A stretch of 64,000 nt of DNA from a virus, in the IMG/VR virus record IMGVR_UViG_3300012928_002096, positions 1,549 through 65,548 of that record, one strand, 5' to 3'. Made by a program: the position numbers and the translations under genes. The notes under the pieces were generated by a model. That model saw nothing but the letters and a program-made list of their open reading frames with translations, ran no database searches and was not told the DNA's origin. Shown here piece after piece: positions 10,195 to 18,742 of the stretch (position 1 is its first letter; every line of letters begins with the position of its first letter).

Positions 10195-10883
10195 TGTATT
10201 TTATTTCTGCACCTTTTGGAAACTATTTACAGTATACTAACTTTTTAAGTGGTAAGCCAGTAATAAGTGTGACAGGAACATTTACAGTAAAGCCACGCCC
10301 TGGACTAGCAAAACAAATTATCAAAACTCTTAGATATACTAAAACAGGTTGGCGTAATCAACTAGGTTTGCGTAACCCAGGTATATTCCAAGGAATAGAA
10401 AATACATCACCTAAAAGCGTAATGAGTATTGCAAGTTTAGAACCAAATGATTGGAAAATACTTTATGAAATAGTTCCTAAAGATATGAGTGTAGAATTAA
10501 ATATTAGTTGTCCTAATGTTGACAAGCATCCTAATCTAAGTAAAATTTTTTCTAAAGATGATAGGAAATGGTGCATTGTAAAAGTGCCACCAATTATTAC
10601 AAATAAACAAATTGACAGAATTGTTAATTTAGGATATAAACAAATACACGCAAGTAACACAGTGCCTACTGCAAAAGGCGGGCTAAGTGGTTCTGTAATA
10701 GTTGAACATACACTTAGAATACTAGACTATATAAAAACTACACATCCTGATGTTGAAGTTATTGCTGGTGGTGGTGTATACAGTAAACAAGATGCAAAAA
10801 CATATATTGATGCAGGTGCAGATCATATTAGTTTAGGAACTGTATGTTTTACGCCTTGGAAAATAAAAAGGATAATAAATTGA
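10194..10883 (+). CDS. pyrD: Dihydroorotate dehydrogenase-like FMN enzyme (short, class 1-like)
   Basis: ISAPFG, ELNISCPN, VKVPP, ASNT, GGLSG, IAGGGV, GADHISLGT. Confidence 0.75.
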   Translation: MYFISAPFGNYLQYTNFLSGKPVISVTGTFTVKPRPGLAKQIIKTLRYTKTGWRNQLGLRNPGIFQGIENTSPKSVMSIASLEPNDWKILYEIVPKDMSVELNISCPNVDKHPNLSKIFSKDDRKWCIVKVPPIITNKQIDRIVNLGYKQIHASNTVPTAKGGLSGSVIVEHTLRILDYIKTTHPDVEVIAGGGVYSKQDAKTYIDAGADHISLGTVCFTPWKIKRIIN

Positions 10884-11419
10884 AATATGCAATTACTGGA
10901 CATACAAACGGAATAGGTAAAGCATTTAGTGAATTACCAGAAGTAAAAGATAATTTTATTGGCTTCAGCAAATCAAATGGATACAATATTAAAGATGTTG
11001 AAGATAGAAGAAAAATTATTAAAGAAAGTATAGACTGTGATGTTTTTATAAACAATGCATATACATTGTATTATCAAACAGACTTGTTATACGAATTGCA
11101 TAAAAAATGGAAAGATAGTGATAAAATTATTATCAATATGGGCAGTAATACAACTGATGGTATGAAAGACTTTCCGCATACTTACACTGCCCACAAAGCA
11201 AGTTTAGAAACAGCAAGTTTGCAACTTAGCAATACTAAGGATATTTGCAGAGTTGCATTGTTGAAATTTGGCTATGTTGGTACTGAAAGAATATTAAAAT
11301 ATATGAAACCAGAACATTATATTCCTGTTGAAGATGCTGCAAAAATAATTTACCAGACAGTAGAATGGGCAAATAAATATAACGTAAGAACAATGACAAT
11401 TTTACCGAGAGAGCAATGA
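10880..11419 (+). CDS. Short-chain dehydrogenase/reductase
   Basis: AITGHTNGIGKA, FINNA, INMGS, YTAHK; TTG start. Confidence 0.8.
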   Translation: MKYAITGHTNGIGKAFSELPEVKDNFIGFSKSNGYNIKDVEDRRKIIKESIDCDVFINNAYTLYYQTDLLYELHKKWKDSDKIIINMGSNTTDGMKDFPHTYTAHKASLETASLQLSNTKDICRVALLKFGYVGTERILKYMKPEHYIPVEDAAKIIYQTVEWANKYNVRTMTILPREQ

Positions 11420-12018
11420 GTTATTATACAGAATTAGATTTACCAGAATTAGAATTATACGATGAATTCAATAAGTTAATGGACAATGGTACTATACATT
11501 GGTTTAGAGATGATTGTCAAGATCAAATTTGTATCAATAGTACAAAAAAAGATCCTGATAATTTTTTATTAGGTAGAGCGAGTTTATATTATGACTGGGA
11601 TAAATCTTATGAAGAAGATGGTAAAATAGTAACTCCTTTACGTAAACCACCGTTACGGGAACAACAGTTTACTACACTTTGCACAGCATTTAAAGGTACA
11701 CTGTTTGAAGAAGTTTACAATGCTCTCACAAAAAAATACAATGTTGGCAGAGTTAGAATAATGAATAGTCAACCAAAGACTTGTTTAACTTGGCATAGTG
11801 ATAATACAACTAGAATACATTATCCAATGAAAACACAAGATGGCTGTTTTATGATTATTGAAGACGAAGTAAAACATTTAGAAAAAAATAAATGGTATCA
11901 TACGGATACACGATACGAGCATACTGCAATGAACGCAAGCAGAGAAACTAGAATGCATTTGGTTGCTTGTGTGTTAGAGGAAAGGTTTGATGGAGAATAC
12001 AACAAAGTTATTAATTAA
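11416..12018 (+). CDS. AspH/Asp-Asn beta-hydroxylase-like 2OG-Fe(II) oxygenase
   Basis: RVRIM...LTWHSD...RIHYP...HTAMN...RMHLV. Confidence 0.8.
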   Translation: MSYYTELDLPELELYDEFNKLMDNGTIHWFRDDCQDQICINSTKKDPDNFLLGRASLYYDWDKSYEEDGKIVTPLRKPPLREQQFTTLCTAFKGTLFEEVYNALTKKYNVGRVRIMNSQPKTCLTWHSDNTTRIHYPMKTQDGCFMIIEDEVKHLEKNKWYHTDTRYEHTAMNASRETRMHLVACVLEERFDGEYNKVIN

Positions 12019-12703
12019 TCACGCTTTTTGTCATCTTATGCTTATACCTGCATTTTTGTATGGTGATGCTTGGATGTTCATAGCAGGATTTGCTTGGTGG
12101 TATGTAATTGCTATTGTTGCAATAAGTGGTGGATATCACAGATATTACAGTCATTTTAGTTTTAAGACACGCAAGTGGTATCCATATGCTGTAAATATTT
12201 TAGGAATGTTTGCAGGAGCAGGGCCAGCAATGACTTGGGCTGCAACACATAGACAACATCACGCATATAGTGACACTGAAGACGATCCCCACAGTCATAG
12301 TATCAAAGGTATTTGGAGTGTATATGTAAACACCTGGGGTTATGGTTTTAAAATTAAACGTAGATTTATAAAACGTTTACTACAAGATCCGTTGTTAAGA
12401 TGGTTCCACAAATATTACTTTCATTTAAATGTTGCAATTATTGTTGTGTTTACTGCTATTGATCCTATGCTTATGATATTTGGTTATGCTATGCCTGTTG
12501 TACTAGCATTTCACGGATATGGTTTGTTAAATGTTTTAGGACACAAAGATGCACAACCAAACAATAGTTGGATAGCAAACATATTAACTGCTGGCGAAGG
12601 TTGGCATAAAAATCATCATAAACGTGCAGGAAGTTATGAAATAGGACAAAAATGGTGGGAACTAGATCCTACTGCTTGGTTTATAAAAATAATTAAGGTT
12701 TAG
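11987..12703 (+). CDS. Membrane fatty-acid desaturase (delta-9-like)
   Basis: Three His boxes HRYYSH, HRQHH and GEGWHKNHH; hydrophobic segments; WWELDP tail. Confidence 0.9.
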   Translation: MMENTTKLLINHAFCHLMLIPAFLYGDAWMFIAGFAWWYVIAIVAISGGYHRYYSHFSFKTRKWYPYAVNILGMFAGAGPAMTWAATHRQHHAYSDTEDDPHSHSIKGIWSVYVNTWGYGFKIKRRFIKRLLQDPLLRWFHKYYFHLNVAIIVVFTAIDPMLMIFGYAMPVVLAFHGYGLLNVLGHKDAQPNNSWIANILTAGEGWHKNHHKRAGSYEIGQKWWELDPTAWFIKIIKV

Positions 12704-12704
12704 T

Positions 12705-13364
12705 ATGGACATTACTTTTGCAGCAATTGACTTAGGTATTAGTGCTTTAGAAAAACAAAAAATATTAAATGAGATACTTAGTGTTCCTGATGATTATTGG
12801 CATTACAATGAATTTAGAGGATGTCATATGCTAGGCATATACAACGGTGGCGGTAAACTAGGTGGTAGAGATGTAGCAGGAAATACTGCTAAAGGTGAAT
12901 TTGATTATACTCCAGCTGGTAAACTATGCCATTACACACGATATACATTAGAAAATAAAATGTTTCCTTTTATGGATCCTGTTGGCAGAGTAACAATACT
13001 ACGTACAAAAGTTAATGCTGGATTGTCTGTGCATTTAGATAGCACCTATGAAGAAATAGGTACATTACAACACAAGTTTAGATATGTTCTAAATGGTAAC
13101 ATTGACAAACTATATTTTTTAGATAGAGATCATAAAAAAATATTTGTGCCTGATTGTTATGATACCTATGTAATGGATGGTAGTCACGCACATAGTTTAG
13201 ATCCTGGCACAGAAGAAAAAATTACACTTTGTATAGGTGCTCCTTGGAAAGGAAAGCCTAATGCTAAGTATGATGAAATATTAAATAATTCATTATTTAA
13301 TTTTAAAGTAAGTAGACCAAGTTATTACAAGCAGGAATGGCTAGATCCATTTTTTAAAAAATGA
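12705..13364 (+). CDS. 2OG-Fe(II)/AspH-like oxygenase
   Basis: GRVTIL...SVHLD...KFRYV...DGSHAHSL. Confidence 0.65.
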   Translation: MDITFAAIDLGISALEKQKILNEILSVPDDYWHYNEFRGCHMLGIYNGGGKLGGRDVAGNTAKGEFDYTPAGKLCHYTRYTLENKMFPFMDPVGRVTILRTKVNAGLSVHLDSTYEEIGTLQHKFRYVLNGNIDKLYFLDRDHKKIFVPDCYDTYVMDGSHAHSLDPGTEEKITLCIGAPWKGKPNAKYDEILNNSLFNFKVSRPSYYKQEWLDPFFKK

Positions 13365-13957
13365 GAATTGTTACACTAGAACAATATGAAGAAAAATTTT
13401 TATCATATTGTAATAAGTTTTATAATTTAGATGATAGGAATAAAGATTGGTTTGATCCTGATTATGCAGGAAGCATACCAAATTCATACAAAAAATATCC
13501 ACTGTGGACTTTTCTCATAGACGACAACGATAACCTAATTGCATTGAGTTGTGTGCAAACACATTATTTTCCAGATGATTGTGCTAGGCTTTTAACAAGA
13601 ACATTTTACAATCCTGAATATAGACGCAAGCATTTAAAATATGAACATAATGAAAAAACACCTGCAATGTATATGCTTGAAGCACAACTTGAATTAACAA
13701 ACTATAAACATAATTTTATGAGTGTAGAATTTATAAGAAGAAAAAATTCACTAGTGAAATTGGCAAAAAAGCTCAACGATAAATATTCTACTAACTGGAA
13801 AGTGCTTGATAATTTATATCACACTTATCCAAACAGTGATGATCCACATAGTTGGCAACCAGTGTGTGTATTACAAACAGATAGTAAATTTCCGTTGAGA
13901 CACATATCGCAAACAGAATGGGAAAGCATATATGGCAGAAAAGTGTTTAATTCATAA
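13361..13957 (+). CDS. GNAT-like acyltransferase
   Basis: LIALSCV...ARLLTRTFYNPEYRRK resembles GNAT motif A. Confidence 0.5.
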   Translation: MRIVTLEQYEEKFLSYCNKFYNLDDRNKDWFDPDYAGSIPNSYKKYPLWTFLIDDNDNLIALSCVQTHYFPDDCARLLTRTFYNPEYRRKHLKYEHNEKTPAMYMLEAQLELTNYKHNFMSVEFIRRKNSLVKLAKKLNDKYSTNWKVLDNLYHTYPNSDDPHSWQPVCVLQTDSKFPLRHISQTEWESIYGRKVFNS

Positions 13958-14591
13958 TACTCGTAGAAGCAGAGTTGCAGGAAACAACGGACCAAGAAGA
14001 CATCAAATGAAAACACACGGTACAGTTACACAAAACGTACCTAAAGATGTATTAGAACAAATTTACCAAATTGCTGCTACATATAACGGAAATGATTTAG
14101 GCGGAGATAATTATCAGATATCACAGCATTGTGATGTAAAAACTGCATTTACTGCCAGTGAATCGTATTCACAAATTTTGTTGCAACAATTAAATGATGG
14201 CGCAGAAAATGAAGTTGATGAAACTAACTACACAACGTGGCGTAAAGACTTACAAACTAATCTAATTGAACAATACTTAGAAAACACGTTTAAAACACCG
14301 TATAGAGCCCGTATAAGCGTTATGCACGGGGGTAATGAACTAAATTACCACATAGACACTGATACAAGTGTGTTATGTCGTGTACAAATACCTGTAATTA
14401 CAGAAGGTAGTTTATTTCAATGGAAAACAAAAACTGAAGAAATTAGTTTAGATATGTTAACCGGCAATAGTTATTTTGTTAACACTGGTTGGCTACATAG
14501 AGTTACAAATGATAGTAACAACATAAGAATTGTTTTAATTTTTGGTGTTGACTATGACAATTTACCAAACAAAGAAAGTTTGCTAATTTGA
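13932..14591 (+). CDS. AspH-like 2OG-Fe(II) oxygenase
   Basis: RARIS...NYHID...RVQIP...GWLHRVTN...RIVLIF; true start may be ATG 14007. Confidence 0.75.
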   Translation: MAEKCLIHNTRRSRVAGNNGPRRHQMKTHGTVTQNVPKDVLEQIYQIAATYNGNDLGGDNYQISQHCDVKTAFTASESYSQILLQQLNDGAENEVDETNYTTWRKDLQTNLIEQYLENTFKTPYRARISVMHGGNELNYHIDTDTSVLCRVQIPVITEGSLFQWKTKTEEISLDMLTGNSYFVNTGWLHRVTNDSNNIRIVLIFGVDYDNLPNKESLLI

Positions 14592-15316
14592 CATATGTTG
14601 ATAAAAATGATTGGGTGTTTGATACAAAACAACTACAAACAGAGTTGCAAAAATTATTAGAAGAAAATAAAGTCAACAATCAACGAGATGGCAGTTTACA
14701 CGGGTTATGCCTAACTTCGCAGGACGGCAGTTTATACAATGGATTTAATTTTAATGTTGCTATACAATATCCTCCGTATGAACAACAAGATAAACAAGAT
14801 CCTAATCCTAAAATTTATTTTGATTTAGAATACGCTAAACAAAACAACATATATCATATGCTTGACTATGAAGTAGAAACAAATGCTTGTACAGGTATAT
14901 GGAAAGAAATAATAGACTTTTTGTACAGTAAAGGAATGAATCCACGTAGAGTAAGACTTTCTTACTTACCACCAGAAGGTGTTATTAATACACATAGCGA
15001 TGGAGGCGGATATAAATTTCATATACCGATATACACAGATGGTACAGATTTTGTACACGGAGACGAATCTTACACATTAGAAGAAGGTGGTAGTTATCTA
15101 GCAAGTGTTAATCCTTATCATTATGTAAAAAATAATGGTGACACAGATAGATGGCATCTAGTTGCTGATGTTTGGGACACAGTAGGAAACTTTAGGATTG
15201 GAAAAGTAGGGCAAGACGAATTTAATAATGAAAAAGTAAATGCAAAACTATGGCGTGATTATGTTAACGGAAAAATAGACACACCAAATAAAATTTTATT
15301 AGGAGCTGAAAACTAA
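14588..15316 (+). CDS. AspH-like 2OG-Fe(II) oxygenase
   Basis: RVRLS...NTHSD...KFHIP...YHYVKNNGDTDRWHLV. Confidence 0.8.
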   Translation: MTYVDKNDWVFDTKQLQTELQKLLEENKVNNQRDGSLHGLCLTSQDGSLYNGFNFNVAIQYPPYEQQDKQDPNPKIYFDLEYAKQNNIYHMLDYEVETNACTGIWKEIIDFLYSKGMNPRRVRLSYLPPEGVINTHSDGGGYKFHIPIYTDGTDFVHGDESYTLEEGGSYLASVNPYHYVKNNGDTDRWHLVADVWDTVGNFRIGKVGQDEFNNEKVNAKLWRDYVNGKIDTPNKILLGAEN

Positions 15317-16152
15317 TGCAAATGGACGCAGTAAGATATGAAATAGATTTTAACACTATGAGTGACTCAGAAATTGTAAACTGGGGTAAAAATATAGTAA
15401 AAGATAATGTTGTACTTGTTAGAAACCAAAACCTAGACGAAGCAGGCATACTAAGAGTTTGTGAATTAGTTGGCAATGTGCTGAAACCAAATCAATTTTT
15501 TATGCATCCAGATTACCCTGGCTTATTTAGAGTAACAAACGAACGTAAGGATGGCGATAAGATTGGTATCTTTGCAGACAAAGAACTAGACTGGCACAGT
15601 AACGGTAATGGTAGGAAAAGCGGCAAAGAGTGTTGTGTAGCCTTATATTGTATTCGTCCTGGTGAAAACAGTGTAACTAGTTTTTGTGATACTAGACAAG
15701 CATATAGAGATCTAAGCGAAGAAGATAAAAACTTTTACAAGCAAATAGATTGTACATTTAAATTTGAGAACGGAACATTTTATGACTTAGACGAAGATGA
15801 CAAAGAATTAAAAATGTTTCAAGGTGGCGCAAGAGATTTCAAGTATGGTGTTACAAAACCTTTGGTATATACGCATCCATATGATGGTGATGAAGGATTG
15901 TACTTTACATTTCATTACATTAGAGAAATGTGGCTTAGAGATAATCCAGAAGAGAAGTTGGACAAGCAACCTATCTTTGATAAATTAATGGCACATATTT
16001 TCCAAGACAAATATATTTGGCATCACGATGATTGGCAACCAGGTGATTTTATTTTTATGGATCAGTTTCATAGTATTCATAAACGTAATGCAGTCGAAGG
16101 TGATAGATTCTTATATAGACTAAGTTTTGATTATGAAGGTTGTTATGGATAA
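15316..16152 (+). CDS. TauD/TfdA-family dioxygenase
   Basis: DWHSN, TSFCDT, HPYDG, WQPGDFIFMDQ...HKR. Confidence 0.8.
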   Translation: MQMDAVRYEIDFNTMSDSEIVNWGKNIVKDNVVLVRNQNLDEAGILRVCELVGNVLKPNQFFMHPDYPGLFRVTNERKDGDKIGIFADKELDWHSNGNGRKSGKECCVALYCIRPGENSVTSFCDTRQAYRDLSEEDKNFYKQIDCTFKFENGTFYDLDEDDKELKMFQGGARDFKYGVTKPLVYTHPYDGDEGLYFTFHYIREMWLRDNPEEKLDKQPIFDKLMAHIFQDKYIWHHDDWQPGDFIFMDQFHSIHKRNAVEGDRFLYRLSFDYEGCYG

Positions 16153-16847
16153 TGCATTACTACGAACTAGAATGGACAGATGATTTCAAACTTATGTTTG
16201 AAATACTAACAAAGTTTTACGTTAGTATGCCTAGTATTCTAGATGATGAAACTCCAAGATTGCCTATTATTTTTGATAAATTAAAAGATGCATACGAAAA
16301 TCCTTTTAACAAGCATAAACAAGCATTATGGTTTGATAGAATAAAAGAACCAGATCAGGAAGTAAAATTAATACTTGAATTATTTGACAAATACAAATTC
16401 AAGCACAATATAGACTATTTTACACAATCTGGACATAAAGATATTACAGGTGAATTTTTACCACATAGACATATGCCAGGAAAAGTTAGACGTGGTGTTA
16501 CAGATGATGGTGCTGCTGTAGATAAAGTACAAACCGATGCAGTAGGCGAAAAAGGTACAGAAATACAAACTACAAATGTACAATTTACATTTCCGTATAT
16601 TAATTCACATTTAGGCGAAACACAATGGTCAGCAACATACGATGTGCCTTTCTTAGAAAGACGTAGATTTACAGAAGAAGAAATTACTGGCAGATACACA
16701 CTTAACACAAAGCCTGTTTTGTTTGATGTTAAGTCTTGGCACCAAGGACGTAATACAACAAATAATGAAGATAGAGTATTATTTGGTATACCAACTTTAT
16801 TTAATAATGTTAAAGAAGCAGTTAAATACCTAAGGAGATTACAATGA
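16140..16847 (+). CDS. 2OG-Fe(II)-like oxygenase, atypical HxH site
   Basis: LPHRH...QFTFP...PVLFDVKSWHQG...RVLF. Confidence 0.55.
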   Translation: MLWIMHYYELEWTDDFKLMFEILTKFYVSMPSILDDETPRLPIIFDKLKDAYENPFNKHKQALWFDRIKEPDQEVKLILELFDKYKFKHNIDYFTQSGHKDITGEFLPHRHMPGKVRRGVTDDGAAVDKVQTDAVGEKGTEIQTTNVQFTFPYINSHLGETQWSATYDVPFLERRRFTEEEITGRYTLNTKPVLFDVKSWHQGRNTTNNEDRVLFGIPTLFNNVKEAVKYLRRLQ

Positions 16848-17518
16848 ATAGATTGAGATATAAATTCGGAGATAGATTTGCAGAAACTAAAGGATACGAT
16901 GGGTTTGCTGCTGATAAAGATGAATTAAATAACTTCTTTGAACAAAAGGTAAAAGGAAAATTAGGTGATCATAACACTGTTGGTATAGATAGTACAAAGC
17001 AACATATATACAATGTTTGTTATGATTGTAATATACCTTTATGGAACGAAATATATAATCGTGTTACAAATATAGGTACGATGTGTGATGTAAAACTAAA
17101 TTGGGATGAAATAAAACATTGTATGCGTTTTACTTTTATATGGATGCCGCCAGGAGGAGATCTTACTCCACACACAGCTCATTACTTCAGAGCATTAAGT
17201 GCATTCAATACACCATTACGTGGCAAAACAGAAATAAGTTTCTACGAACATTTACCACAAGAAGATGGAACACACAAAGTCGGCAAAAAATTAGAAACGC
17301 ACGAATATTTCAATCCTAATTTTTTAAATGTAAATCGTTATCACGGTGTTGCAAATGATACAGAAGAAGAACGTATGATATTAAAAACACATTTACTTAT
17401 TGTGCCTTGGCAAAAACTTGTTAAAGCATACGAAGGTGATGATATTATTAATATGTTTGAAGAAACAGTTCCTTGGCAAAAACAAAAGAAAGAAACACAA
17501 GTCAAACGTCATGGATAA
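16844..17518 (+). CDS. 2OG-Fe(II)-like oxygenase with HxA motif
   Basis: MPPGGDLTPHTAH...FNTPL...LNVNRYHGV...RMILK. Confidence 0.6.
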   Translation: MNRLRYKFGDRFAETKGYDGFAADKDELNNFFEQKVKGKLGDHNTVGIDSTKQHIYNVCYDCNIPLWNEIYNRVTNIGTMCDVKLNWDEIKHCMRFTFIWMPPGGDLTPHTAHYFRALSAFNTPLRGKTEISFYEHLPQEDGTHKVGKKLETHEYFNPNFLNVNRYHGVANDTEEERMILKTHLLIVPWQKLVKAYEGDDIINMFEETVPWQKQKKETQVKRHG

Positions 17519-18299
17519 TTTTAACAAAGAAGAAATAATTAATCACGCACGTGAACACGGATGGTGGTTACAAAGAGATGTGCAAATGGATAGGAAGCAA
17601 TTTATGGAGTTTTGTAACCATATTGCTACACCTTGGTCGTGGAAAATACACGATATGCACGGAGAAGGCGATCTTAACGAAGAAGAAGTTGTAGATTGGT
17701 CAAGTGAAACTAGATTTATGAAACGTAGTTTGCCTTGGCACGCTGATAATCCTTGGAGTAAAGATTTTCAGTTTCCTTTACGTGCATTTTATGCAGTAAA
17801 TATACCTGATCCAAAAGACGGACCTTTAGAGTTTCTTAATCAAACAAAATGGTTTGAATCACTTGGCGAAAATCAAAAAGCAGACTTTAGATATATGAAA
17901 GTACTTGTGCAATGCTACAAAGGAAATTGCCAACCTTATTACGATGACTTTGTAAAAGTAAATCCAATTACAGGTAAAGAAAGTTTAAACTGGGGAAGTA
18001 AAGTTGTATACAGCGATGTATATGGGTTAGAACCTGATGAAGGACACGCACATAATCATTTTTCATTTACAATGGCAATTATGCGTGATAGGAATATTGT
18101 TCCTGATGAAGAAATATCTACTTGGTTTCAAGATATGATAGATAAAGGGCATCACGATATTGTTGAATTTAAAGAAGGTGATCTGCTTGTTAATGATAAT
18201 TGGACAACATTTCATTATAGAAGAACATTAACAAACCCTAACGAACGTTTACTTTATAGGAAAACATTGTTGCAACCATGGCAAAAATATATTGGCTAA
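17511..18299 (+). CDS. TauD/TfdA-family dioxygenase
   Basis: WHADN, NPITG, EFKEGDLLVNDNWTTFHYR...RLLYR; start moved to ATG 17511. Confidence 0.8.
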   Translation: MDNFNKEEIINHAREHGWWLQRDVQMDRKQFMEFCNHIATPWSWKIHDMHGEGDLNEEEVVDWSSETRFMKRSLPWHADNPWSKDFQFPLRAFYAVNIPDPKDGPLEFLNQTKWFESLGENQKADFRYMKVLVQCYKGNCQPYYDDFVKVNPITGKESLNWGSKVVYSDVYGLEPDEGHAHNHFSFTMAIMRDRNIVPDEEISTWFQDMIDKGHHDIVEFKEGDLLVNDNWTTFHYRRTLTNPNERLLYRKTLLQPWQKYIG

Positions 18300-18742
18300 C
18301 GATAAATGTAATTGGAAAAGATAATTATTTTAATGATTATCTCACAAATCCAGCAAAAAGATTTCAAACTGGTACAGGTAAAGCCTTAGGCAAAGATTAC
18401 TGGAAAATGTATGAACAGGCATATTTGTATGCTAAACACCAAGGACATATTATACTACGAGCAAAAGTTATTAACAAACGTAACGTGTTAAAAATATATC
18501 AAATATGGGATAGTAAAGATGTTCGTGAACAATGGGAACAAAAAGTTGATCCTAAATACTTTACTGCAACAGTACCACTTATTACATATCAATATCCTGT
18601 AAATGAAAAACAAAAAAACAAAATATTTGACTTAGTATTAAAAAGTAATAAAGTAATTTTACAGGCAGTAAGAGAAGATCATAGAACGCCAGGAATGACT
18701 ATAGGCGATCCTTTAAAGTTAGATGTACTTTATAAAACTTAA
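18278..18742 (+). CDS. Hypothetical protein, last gene of the enzyme island
   Basis: 154-aa ORF overlapping the upstream stop. Confidence 0.6.
   Translation: MAKIYWLTINVIGKDNYFNDYLTNPAKRFQTGTGKALGKDYWKMYEQAYLYAKHQGHIILRAKVINKRNVLKIYQIWDSKDVREQWEQKVDPKYFTATVPLITYQYPVNEKQKNKIFDLVLKSNKVILQAVREDHRTPGMTIGDPLKLDVLYKT

Noticed and set aside
5265-18742. A RiPP precursor peptide for the rSAM/SPASM enzymes
   Set aside because: No short ORF with leader/core character and no intergenic space for one within the visible island; it could lie upstream of the window
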